Assembly: GCA_946623125.1 (NCBI GenBank)
Contig: CAMOQR010000003.1
Coordinates: forward strand, 1 to 57,574
Origin: an uncultured Bacillales bacterium
GTDB taxonomy: Bacteria > Bacillota_I > Bacilli_A > RF39 > UBA660
Length of the DNA stretch: 57,574 nucleotides
Direction: 5' to 3'
Made by a program: the position numbers and the translations under genes. Of the stretch, positions 26,432 to 34,630 are shown one piece after another. The notes beneath the pieces are model-generated. The model had not been told where the DNA came from. It ran no database searches and was given only the letters and a program-made list of their open reading frames with translations. Each line of letters begins with the position of its first letter. Positions within the stretch are counted from its first letter, which is position 1.

Positions 26432-26460
26432 AATATAACACATATCATTTTTAAATTCAA
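26432..26460 (-). promoter_or_regulatory. sigma-A type promoter of the Ile T-box operon
   Basis: Minus strand TTGAAT (26455-26460), 17 nt spacer, TATATT (26432-26437). Confidence 0.45.
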
Positions 26461-26504
26461 CTGATTTTGTTGTGTTTTTGTTATTATCTTATTTTCTGTT
26501 TTTC

Positions 26505-26530
26505 ATTTTAAAAGTAGACTTACGTCTACT
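26505..26530 (-). terminator. terminator after divIVA
   Basis: Minus strand AGTAGAC-GTAA-GTCTAC followed by TTTTAAAA. It overlaps the stop codon. Confidence 0.5.
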
Positions 26531-26963
26531 CCTTTTCTATTTTTATTTGATTTATTTCTTCTAGTAATTCTTGTTGTTCTTCTATTATTAATTTTATCTT
26601 TCTTTTTACTTGTCTCATATTCTTTTCTAATAATAGTCTTTCTGCCACAATTTTTTCTGTTCTAATTAAGGCATCATTTATTATTTTTGATGCACTCTCT
26701 TTCGCATTTTTAATAATCAATTCTTTTTCATCTTGTGCCATTTTGCGGATATTTTCTCCTACCTTTTCTGATTGAAGTAAAGCATCCTTTATTTGATTTT
26801 CACTTTGTTTATATCTTTCGATTTCTTCTTGTAATTTTTTTATCTCTTCTTGTTGTTCTTTTACTTTTTTGACAATGGATTCTGTTTCGGTTATTACATG
26901 ACTTACAAAATCGTTAACTTCTTTTCGATTGTATCCATTTTCTTCATAACTAAACTTTTCCAT
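26526..26963 (-). CDS. divIVA: DivIVA-domain cell-division protein
   Basis: N-terminal F..E.NGYNRKEVNDFV DivIVA motif followed by a long coiled coil. Sits downstream of sepF and upstream of ileS, as in Bacillus. Confidence 0.8.
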   Translation of the reverse strand: MEKFSYEENGYNRKEVNDFVSHVITETESIVKKVKEQQEEIKKLQEEIERYKQSENQIKDALLQSEKVGENIRKMAQDEKELIIKNAKESASKIINDALIRTEKIVAERLLLEKNMRQVKRKIKLIIEEQQELLEEINQIKIEKE

Positions 26964-27002
26964 AGAACCACCTCAGAGATAAAAGTTATTATAACCTATT
27001 TC

Positions 27003-27467
27003 TTAAAAGAAATCATCCTCTGAGTCACTTTTTTCTTCTGTTTCTTCTTTTTTTCCTCTAGAATTTTTTGCTGTCGGAGTATTATCATCACTTATTTTTC
27101 CGTCTACAAGAACATTTTTAGGGGTACATAAGAAAATTCCCCCTCCTAGTTTTTGAATATCTCCTCCTATCGCATAGATTGTACCGTATAAAAAGTCTAC
27201 AATTCTTTTTGCTTGTTCTGGAGTTACTCTTTTCAAATTTACAACTACGGCATTTCTATTTTTTAAATAATCCGCTATTTGTTGACTTTCTGAATATGCG
27301 CGTGGTTCTAGTAACATCATTCTTGATCCAGCAATTCCATTTTGCTCATGATATTCTTCTTTTGATGTTGTGTAATAGGATTCATCTTCTTGTTGTTTTT
27401 CATCATCATCTGATCCTCCTCCAAAAAAACGATTAATTTTATCTTTCACATTATTTTTTTCTTTCAT
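27003..27467 (-). CDS. sepF: cell-division protein SepF
   Basis: Start moved to MKEKNNV (ATG 27467, GGAGGA RBS). [27 protein letters not shown]...[20 protein letters not shown] is the SepF core. Confidence 0.85.
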   Translation of the reverse strand: MKEKNNVKDKINRFFGGGSDDDEKQQEDESYYTTSKEEYHEQNGIAGSRMMLLEPRAYSESQQIADYLKNRNAVVVNLKRVTPEQAKRIVDFLYGTIYAIGGDIQKLGGGIFLCTPKNVLVDGKISDDNTPTAKNSRGKKEETEEKSDSEDDFF

Positions 27468-27579
27468 AATTGTCCTCCAAATACTTTTGCTATTCATCTA
27501 CTATAAGTTATTTTATCATATATTTTTTAAAAGAAAAAGTCCAAATTTGCATTTCTATTTATCATTTGAACTTTTTTTA

Positions 27580-29625
27580 TTACCCTACTGGTGTTAGCAT
27601 CATTGGATTTACGGCTTGTGTTTCTGCTGGATTTTGTGGAATCATTTGTTGTGGCATTACTGGTTGAGATGCTTGTTGCATGTTTGCTTGAATAATTTGT
27701 TGTGTTACGTTGTTTTGTTCCATTGGTTGTGGCATTGCTGGTTGAGCAGCATTTTGCATACCAAATGGATTTGCTGCCATCATTTGTTGAGCCATAGCTG
27801 TAGCATCTGCATTTGCAACAGCTTGAATGTTTTGATTTTGGACTGGTGCTGCCTCTGGTTCTGTATACCAAACTTTTTCAAGATCAACGTTATTTGATAA
27901 TGGTCTTGGATTTGGTAAGTCTATATACATTGTTGTAGGTACTTTAAAAGCACTTCCAAAAGCAATACAATTTCCTGGTTTCAAATTCTTTAATTGTAAA
28001 ACAATTTCGGCCGAAACAAATGGAACCATCTCTTTAATATATTTTAAATCTACCGGGTGCATCGTTCTTAAAATAACAAAATTTACACACTGAGATACAC
28101 AGGTATCGGATAACTCACTTGGTCTTTGAGTAATCATTGCTAAAAATATACCATATTTACGTCCCTCTTTAGCAATACGTTCGAATATATTATATCCTAA
28201 CAATTCAATATCACTATCGTGTTGTACATAACGGTGTGCCTCTTCGATGATAATATGAAAGGCTCTGCTACCTCTTGGTTTAATCATACTTGATTTGATA
28301 AATAGCATTCTTGAAATGATTTTTGTAATAACTTTAGCAATACGATCATCTACATAGTTTATGTTAAAGTTTACAATTTGTACTCTACCACCTGTTGTAG
28401 GATCCGTTGTCAAGGTATCAATAAACTGGTCTCTTGTAACATATTTTGGATAAGTAAAGTAATGTCTGTTATCTCCTGTTGCTAAGGTATGTAAACGTAC
28501 ACTCATAACGTTTGCATTATCAAATACTTTATTACTTTTTAAAATACCTTCATTAATAAGCGCAAAGTCCATAGCAAGTTCTAGATCATTTAATGAATAA
28601 TATGGATTTGCATCTGATTCATCTAGAATTTCATCTTCTAGTATGTATCCTCTTATAAACTCTACAACTAATTCCATCTCTTGCATTTTACCTGTTTTAT
28701 CAACAAATAAACATTGTTTAAAAGTACGAGTATATCCTGGTTGTACAATTTGACTTTCCAAATTAAGGGTTGGTGTATTAAATTTTGTCATTACACCTAT
28801 TACTTGGTCACGAATTTTGGTTGATTCATCTCCACTTAATAGGATATCTTGTACTGCTCTTGCAATAATATCATTTTTTCTTTTTATAACTTTATCACTT
28901 GTACCTGTTAAGATACGTACAAGTTTTAATGTTTTTTCAATAATAGGTAATTGAGATGGTGAGTTTGCATCTAGTAATAGTGCTAGATCATCTACATCTA
29001 ATAACCAAACTGGGATTCTTAAAATTTCACAATCTGGATCGATAATATTTGTTGTATATGATTTATATCCTAATTTAGAGTTTACATCATGTAATCCACT
29101 AAAGGCGTGCGTATACTCTCCATAGGCATCGAAGAAGAATAGGGATGAATTAATTGGTGGTGTTGGACTACTAGTAAATAGTTTTTGTAGGATAGATGCA
29201 ACTGTACAGCTTTTACCAGAACCAGTATTTCCTAAAATAGAAAAGTGACTGTTAAAAAACTCATTTATAGATACGTTTATTTTATATCCTTCATATACAT
29301 TACTTGTTCCAAAGTTTGTATATCCTAAAGATGTTTCTTGTTTACCATAGATTAATTCCAATTCTTCCATTTCAATTAATCGAATGGTTGATTTGAATGC
29401 AGGCTTTACATTTCCACCTGGTGTAAAGTTTCCATCGTTTATTTCACCTACTAAATTGGCATACATATATTCTTTGTCTACGTTTACTATTTCTGCAATG
29501 ATTTTCTTATTACTTCCATCTTCAAACACAATATGTAAGTTTACTAAGTTTGGTTGTTCTGTAATATCAATCTCTAATTTTATTTTTACTTGGTTATCTA
29601 GTATCTGTTCAATTTTTCCTAGCAT
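27580..29625 (-). CDS. HerA-like (DUF87) FtsK/HerA-superfamily P-loop ATPase with Gln/Pro/Met-rich C-terminal tail
   Basis: Start taken at MLGKIEQ (ATG 29625, GAGGGTGA RBS). N-terminal HAS-barrel-like segment, Walker A ILGNTGSGKS, Walker B FHIIIEEAHRYV, ITQRPSELS. The last ~85 aa are a low-complexity Q/P/M/A/N tail. No TM segment. Confidence 0.8.
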   Translation of the reverse strand: MLGKIEQILDNQVKIKLEIDITEQPNLVNLHIVFEDGSNKKIIAEIVNVDKEYMYANLVGEINDGNFTPGGNVKPAFKSTIRLIEMEELELIYGKQETSLGYTNFGTSNVYEGYKINVSINEFFNSHFSILGNTGSGKSCTVASILQKLFTSSPTPPINSSLFFFDAYGEYTHAFSGLHDVNSKLGYKSYTTNIIDPDCEILRIPVWLLDVDDLALLLDANSPSQLPIIEKTLKLVRILTGTSDKVIKRKNDIIARAVQDILLSGDESTKIRDQVIGVMTKFNTPTLNLESQIVQPGYTRTFKQCLFVDKTGKMQEMELVVEFIRGYILEDEILDESDANPYYSLNDLELAMDFALINEGILKSNKVFDNANVMSVRLHTLATGDNRHYFTYPKYVTRDQFIDTLTTDPTTGGRVQIVNFNINYVDDRIAKVITKIISRMLFIKSSMIKPRGSRAFHIIIEEAHRYVQHDSDIELLGYNIFERIAKEGRKYGIFLAMITQRPSELSDTCVSQCVNFVILRTMHPVDLKYIKEMVPFVSAEIVLQLKNLKPGNCIAFGSAFKVPTTMYIDLPNPRPLSNNVDLEKVWYTEPEAAPVQNQNIQAVANADATAMAQQMMAANPFGMQNAAQPAMPQPMEQNNVTQQIIQANMQQASQPVMPQQMIPQNPAETQAVNPMMLTPVG

Positions 29626-29645
29626 CAAAATCACCCTCTATTATC

Positions 29646-29673
29646 ATTATAAGTATAACAAAAAAAAAATCAA
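29646..29673 (-). promoter_or_regulatory. near-consensus sigma-A promoter upstream of the HerA-like gene
   Basis: Minus strand TTGATT (29668-29673), 16 nt spacer, TATAAT (29646-29651). Confidence 0.5.
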
Positions 29674-29702
29674 AATTAAAGTCAGTTTTTGTAGAACAAT
29701 TA

Positions 29703-29728
29703 AAAAGTTGTCTAATAAGACAACTTTT
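29703..29728 (-). terminator. terminator after the small membrane protein gene
   Basis: AAAAGTTGTC-TTATTA-GACAACTTTT followed by T. It overlaps the stop codon at 29712. Confidence 0.5.
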
Positions 29729-29969
29729 TGATACTTTTATTTGCTAATTTTCTTTTAGAATACTTCTTAATTTTATTATTTTCCATTTCCTTTCGAATTC
29801 TTAGAATGGATTGAATGATATTTATTCCTAAATATACGGCAACAATATAGAATAAATATCTTTGTTGTGTACGTACATAAACAAAAATTAAGCAAAATAT
29901 TACAAATCCGATAATAGAAATAACTAATTCTATTATTTCTAATATTTTATAAATATTTTTTCGTATCAT
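29712..29969 (-). CDS. small two-TM membrane protein (85 aa)
   Basis: Two hydrophobic spans and a Lys-rich C-terminus. GGGGTAGGGG RBS. Confidence 0.5.
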   Translation of the reverse strand: MIRKNIYKILEIIELVISIIGFVIFCLIFVYVRTQQRYLFYIVAVYLGINIIQSILRIRKEMENNKIKKYSKRKLANKSIKKLSY

Positions 29970-30026
29970 ACCCCTACCCCCATTGGTAGAGCTATTATAT
30001 CATAAAATGCTTATTTTTTCAAGTTT

Positions 30027-30572
30027 TTAATATAGTCCTTGTATTTTTTGAATGTCTAATTCATTTATTTTTTCTATTTCCCATTCTGTATCTTTTTTTA
30101 TTAATGAAAATGTTATGGAATACTTCATTTTATCTGTAACTTTTCCAAGTTCTTTTAATTTGTAGTCAATAAAGCTTTTTTCTTCATAGATTGTTTTTTC
30201 ATCTACTACGTTACTGCTAAACTCTTCTTGATGTTCTAGATAATATTTTTTAGATTTAAGAAGGGATGATGAGTAATCTAATACTTCTATTTCTGCTTCT
30301 ACTGTTGCAGTATCTTCTATGATTTCTTCTTTTACTATTTTATAAGATAAATTCTGATATTGTTTTTCTAATAAGTTTTTGTATTCTTTCTTTTGTTCTT
30401 TACTATAATATTTTTCTTGTTCTATCATTTCATCTAATTCGTTTATAATTGATGAATCTAAATTTTGATAGGATTGAAATACATTTTCTACTGCATTCGT
30501 TGGTGTATTGTGATTCATTCCACATCCAGTTAACAATCCTATTATCATTCCTATTACTATTATTTTTTTCAT
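30027..30572 (-). CDS. lipoprotein of unknown function
   Basis: MKKIIVIGMIIGLLTGCG lipobox signal peptide. Confidence 0.65.
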   Translation of the reverse strand: MKKIIVIGMIIGLLTGCGMNHNTPTNAVENVFQSYQNLDSSIINELDEMIEQEKYYSKEQKKEYKNLLEKQYQNLSYKIVKEEIIEDTATVEAEIEVLDYSSSLLKSKKYYLEHQEEFSSNVVDEKTIYEEKSFIDYKLKELGKVTDKMKYSITFSLIKKDTEWEIEKINELDIQKIQGLY

Positions 30573-30620
30573 ATTTTTCCTCCCATTATTATCATGGGAG
30601 TTTTTTCTTATTTTATGCGT

Positions 30621-31418
30621 CTACTTACTATAAATAGCACCTGAGGCGTTATCTCTTCCTTTAAATGGAAGAATATATTTTGAATATTTTTTTCTTTTTA
30701 AATACAATGGAATTCTAAGATGTTGTTCTTTATTAACCGCCTCATCTATTATGTTTAATAATATTTTTTTCTTTGGACTTGTTTCAATAATTTTTTTAAT
30801 TTTACGATCGGTTATTAAGTCTGTTACCCCATCTGTAAATAATAAAATCATTTCATATGAATTTGACTCTAATATTGTTGATCTGATATTACATAGATCT
30901 TTTGATATTCCAACACATGAGGTAATTATATTATTATTGTAAAAAAAACGTAAATCATCTTTTTTTACGGCACCATATTTGTAATAAAACCATACATCGG
31001 AATCATCTTCTGATACTTGTATTAATTTTTTCTTTTGATAAATATAGGCTCTAGAATCTCCTGCATTTAATATTAAAGTGGTTTTTTTGGTAATAAGTGC
31101 CACTGTAAGGGTTGTTCCTAATACATTTTCTCCATACTTTTCTATTAAATTATGATTTGCTTTTTCAATTGTCTCTCTTAACTGGTCTTCTGCTTTTTCT
31201 GTATTTTCTAAGGTTGAAGTACTTCTTGATGTAAACCATTTTTCTATTGATTTGGCTACATAAGTTGAGGCTATTTCTCCAAATTCTTTTCCTCCCATAC
31301 CATCCGCTACTAATAGTAGGATGATATTTTCATCTTTAGGATGAATTTTAGAGATGGCTATATCCTCATTATTCTTTCGAATTAGACCAATATTTGTTTC
31401 ATTTTGAACTATTTTCAT
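30621..31418 (-). CDS. PP2C-family Ser/Thr protein phosphatase
   Basis: GLIRKNNEDI..., LLLVADGMGG, LFTDGVTD metal-binding motifs. No adjacent Hanks kinase. Confidence 0.8.
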   Translation of the reverse strand: MKIVQNETNIGLIRKNNEDIAISKIHPKDENIILLLVADGMGGKEFGEIASTYVAKSIEKWFTSRSTSTLENTEKAEDQLRETIEKANHNLIEKYGENVLGTTLTVALITKKTTLILNAGDSRAYIYQKKKLIQVSEDDSDVWFYYKYGAVKKDDLRFFYNNNIITSCVGISKDLCNIRSTILESNSYEMILLFTDGVTDLITDRKIKKIIETSPKKKILLNIIDEAVNKEQHLRIPLYLKRKKYSKYILPFKGRDNASGAIYSK

Positions 31419-31491
31419 TTTTCATCAACCTGTTTGTATTATAACACCTGGTTTGATTTATTGAAAAGAAACTTATAGTACTTTACAGTAA

Positions 31492-31513
31492 AGAAAAAAA
31501 GGCATTTTGCCTT
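31492..31513 (-). terminator. terminator after asnS
   Basis: Minus strand AAGGCA-AAA-TGCCTT followed by T7, immediately after the stop codon. Confidence 0.65.
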
Positions 31514-32893
31514 TTAATAATTACAATTTCCTGGGGTTCTTGGATATGGAATAGCATCACGAATATTATCAATTCCTGTTAAATACATAATTAAACGTTC
31601 AAATCCCATACCAAATCCTGAGTGTACGCATCCACCATATTTTCTTAAATTCATATACCAATCTACAGAATCTGTATCTACACCTAATTCTTTTGCACGA
31701 GACATTAGGATATCATAATCATCTTCTCTTTGACTTCCTCCCATTAATTCTCCTGCTCCTGGTACTTCCAAATCAACTGCAGCAACGGTTTTATTATCTT
31801 TATTTAATTTCATATACCATGCTTTTATATCTTTTGGCCAATCTGTTATAAATACAGGTCCATCAAAATGTTCTGTAATATATTTTTCATGCTCTTTGGC
31901 AATATCTTCTCCGTAATCTGGCTCGAATTCCCATTTTACTTTTGCCTTCTTTAAAATATCGATTACTTCTTTATGAGTAATTCTTGTAAATTTAGATTTT
32001 AGAATCTTTTCTAATTTTTCTCTTAATCCATTCTCTACAAATTTATCGCAAAAATCGATTTCATCAGGGCATTTCTCTAGTACATATTTTACTATGTATT
32101 TAAGCATTTCTTCCTCAATATCCATTAGTCCATTAATATCACAAAATGACATTTCTGGTTCAATCATCCAGAATTCATTTGCATGTGTTTTGGTATTTGA
32201 ATTTTCTGTACGGAAAGTTGGCCCAAATGTATATATTCTATTAAATGCAAGAGCAAATGTTTCTCCATGTAGTTGTCCTGATCCTGTTATGAATGCGGTT
32301 GATCCAAATAAATCTTTTGACATATCAACCTTTTTATTCTCGTCTTTTGGTAAATTATTCAAATCCAATGTTGTCACTTTAAACATTTGGTCTGATCCTT
32401 CACAATCTGCTGTTGTTAACAATGGAGTATGAACATATAAATAATTGTTTGTTTGGAAGTATTCATGAATTGCCATAGCAGCAACACTACGAATTCTAAA
32501 AACTGCTTGAAATAAATTAGTCCTTGGTCTTAAATAGGCCTGTTCTCTTAAAAATTCTCTAGAGTGTTTTTTTGGTTGCATAGGATAATCTTCTGTACAA
32601 TCGCCAAGTAACGTTACAGTGGTTGCTTGTATTTCAAATTCTTGTCCTTCTTTTGGTGATTCTACTACTTTTCCTTCTACTTTAATACTGCTTCCTACTC
32701 TTATTTTCTGAATATTTTCAAAATCTTTTAATTTATCATCATATACAATTTGAATGTGTTTAAATGCTGTACCATCTGAGAAATCTATAAATCCAAATTC
32801 TTTTTGTTTTCTATGGTTTCTTACCCATCCTTCTAATGTTACTTTTTTCCCTATAAATTCTTTTATTTTGGCATATAATTCTTTATCTGTCAT
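31514..32893 (-). CDS. asnS: asparaginyl-tRNA synthetase
   Basis: Class IIb N-terminal OB fold (GWVRNHRKQKEFGFIDFSDGT), motif 2/3 regions, and a C-terminal PYPRTPGNCNY like the AsnRS FPRTPG ending. Confidence 0.85.
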   Translation of the reverse strand: MTDKELYAKIKEFIGKKVTLEGWVRNHRKQKEFGFIDFSDGTAFKHIQIVYDDKLKDFENIQKIRVGSSIKVEGKVVESPKEGQEFEIQATTVTLLGDCTEDYPMQPKKHSREFLREQAYLRPRTNLFQAVFRIRSVAAMAIHEYFQTNNYLYVHTPLLTTADCEGSDQMFKVTTLDLNNLPKDENKKVDMSKDLFGSTAFITGSGQLHGETFALAFNRIYTFGPTFRTENSNTKTHANEFWMIEPEMSFCDINGLMDIEEEMLKYIVKYVLEKCPDEIDFCDKFVENGLREKLEKILKSKFTRITHKEVIDILKKAKVKWEFEPDYGEDIAKEHEKYITEHFDGPVFITDWPKDIKAWYMKLNKDNKTVAAVDLEVPGAGELMGGSQREDDYDILMSRAKELGVDTDSVDWYMNLRKYGGCVHSGFGMGFERLIMYLTGIDNIRDAIPYPRTPGNCNY

Positions 32894-32901
32894 AAATCCT
32901 C

Positions 32902-33291
32902 CTAACTAATATAATAATAGTTTGCATCCATTGTTGCTACTAATATATCTTTATCATTATAAATATTGGTGCGTAAATAGCAAGTTGTTTTTCCATTCTT
33001 TATCATTTCTGCTTTTGCAATTAAGTATTTCCCTGTTGATGGTTTTAAATATGTAATATTGGATGATAATGTCACTGCATTTCTTCCAGTTGTTCTTGCT
33101 ACTACTCCCATGGCAGTATCTCCCAATCCAAATATTAATCCTCCATGAACGATTCCATACGGATTCATACAGTTTTCATTAATATCTGCTTTTAATGTTG
33201 CACTTTCTTTTTCTTTTGTTTCCAATATCTTTATGTGGTTATTCTTTATAAAGCCTGGTTTTTCTTCCATAATTTGTTTTATCTCATTCAT
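32902..33291 (-). CDS. PaaI/hotdog-fold thioesterase
   Basis: NPYGIVHGGLIFGLGDTAMG motif. 129 aa. Confidence 0.7.
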   Translation of the reverse strand: MNEIKQIMEEKPGFIKNNHIKILETKEKESATLKADINENCMNPYGIVHGGLIFGLGDTAMGVVARTTGRNAVTLSSNITYLKPSTGKYLIAKAEMIKNGKTTCYLRTNIYNDKDILVATMDANYYYIS

Positions 33292-34564
33292 TTTGTACTT
33301 CTCCTGTTTTTGCGTTTTCTTTCAATAATTTATAAAAGACACCTAGTATTATAGCATAATATTCACTTGTATAAAAGATAATTACTCCAAAAAAACTAGA
33401 TATAAAATAGGAACAAATGATAATTAGCAGTATATCTAATTCTATAAATTTGTTTTTTCTTTTTTTTATGTACTCTAAAAATAGCATTGATAAAAATAGT
33501 AAATATATAATTGTTAAAGGGATTCCATTATATGTTGCTAATTCTATTAAAGAATTATGAGGTGCATCTAATTGACTCAATTTTACTTTGTTACCATCTA
33601 TATTTTCTCCTCCATATCCTATAATTGGCGATTTTTTTATTATTCGAATATACCTTTTCCAAAGAGTCACTCTTCCTGTTCCAGCCGTTTTTTGAGTACG
33701 ATTAATTGTTTCTTTGATATCTTTTTGAAATATTTTAAAATTTTCTCTTACAATGTATTTTCCTTGCGTTTGTAGCATCACACTATTGATTAAAAATAAG
33801 ATTAGTATGATTATGATATCTCTTTTTTTTATTTTCTTCCAACATAATCCTATTAAGAGTATTATTCCAATACATACTGCTATATAAGAACCAAATGTAT
33901 TATTTATAATTAATAAATAGACATGTAAATAATAGATTATCAAATATAGACTTTTTTCTAAAACTCTTGTTTCCTTGAAAAAATAAAGTATCGTAATAAA
34001 TAGTATTATTGTCAAATAGTAAGCATAATGATTTGCATTATAAAAAACTCCATGGTAAGGATACTTTAGTCTCATTGTATTTGATAGATAATCATTCATA
34101 AAGACTGTTCTTGTAAGTTCATTATTTAATAAAGATATTATACACATTATAGTTGACACTATTAATAAGTTTTTTCCTAATCTTTTTATGCTCTCTTTTG
34201 ATAATGTCATAGAATTCAGAAAGATACCCATTAATAGGATATATGTCAATCCACAAGAGTGACGATATTTTCCACCAATAAATGCTTTTAATGGATATCC
34301 TGAACATAATACAGAAAAGAGAATCCAAATAATTGCTACTAAAATAAGATATCTGACCTTATATTTTTGCTTTCCTTTCATCCATTCCCAAATACTGATT
34401 ATCCATGAGCATAATCCTGCTAGTGCAAACAGGATGTACCATATATTTATATAGTTTTGTATACCGAAAAAACATAATACCATCATGAAGATTGGACTGA
34501 ATATTATACTTTCTATTATCCATTCTTTTATTTGATTCATTTTTTTCTTTTTCATAAAGGCCAT
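33284..34564 (-). CDS. O-antigen ligase/polymerase-like (Wzy_C) polytopic membrane protein
   Basis: Start taken at MAFMKKK (ATG 34564). More than 10 TM segments, with an extracytoplasmic loop carrying DAPHNSLIELATYNGIPL (HN..lE...e.Gi motif). Confidence 0.6.
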   Translation of the reverse strand: MAFMKKKKMNQIKEWIIESIIFSPIFMMVLCFFGIQNYINIWYILFALAGLCSWIISIWEWMKGKQKYKVRYLILVAIIWILFSVLCSGYPLKAFIGGKYRHSCGLTYILLMGIFLNSMTLSKESIKRLGKNLLIVSTIMCIISLLNNELTRTVFMNDYLSNTMRLKYPYHGVFYNANHYAYYLTIILFITILYFFKETRVLEKSLYLIIYYLHVYLLIINNTFGSYIAVCIGIILLIGLCWKKIKKRDIIIILILFLINSVMLQTQGKYIVRENFKIFQKDIKETINRTQKTAGTGRVTLWKRYIRIIKKSPIIGYGGENIDGNKVKLSQLDAPHNSLIELATYNGIPLTIIYLLFLSMLFLEYIKKRKNKFIELDILLIIICSYFISSFFGVIIFYTSEYYAIILGVFYKLLKENAKTGEVQNE

Positions 34565-34599
34565 TTTCAAATATCCTCCTTTCCTACATATTTTTATGT

Positions 34600-34630
34600 T
34601 AAAATAGTAATGGAAAAATTACCATTACTA
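34600..34630 (-). terminator. terminator after surface-protein paralog A
   Basis: TAGTAATGG-N8-CCATTACTA followed by TTTT. It overlaps the stop codon. Confidence 0.45.

Noticed and set aside
27527-27897. ORFs 27527-27871 (-) and 27616-27897 (+) overlapping the 3' end of the HerA-like gene
   Set aside because: Both are by-products of the Gln/Pro/Met-rich low-complexity tail. Their products are Cys/Ser/Thr/Asn- or Cys/Leu/Trp-rich nonsense with no RBS.
27580-29625. Idea that the HerA-like ATPase is the missing T7SS motor (EssC substitute) for the 3.3-11.2 kb module
   Set aside because: EssC-type motors have FHA domains, TM segments and two to three FtsK-like P-loop domains. This protein has a single P-loop domain and no TM. 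It lies ~17 kb away behind unrelated housekeeping operons and terminators. I kept it as a separate observation.
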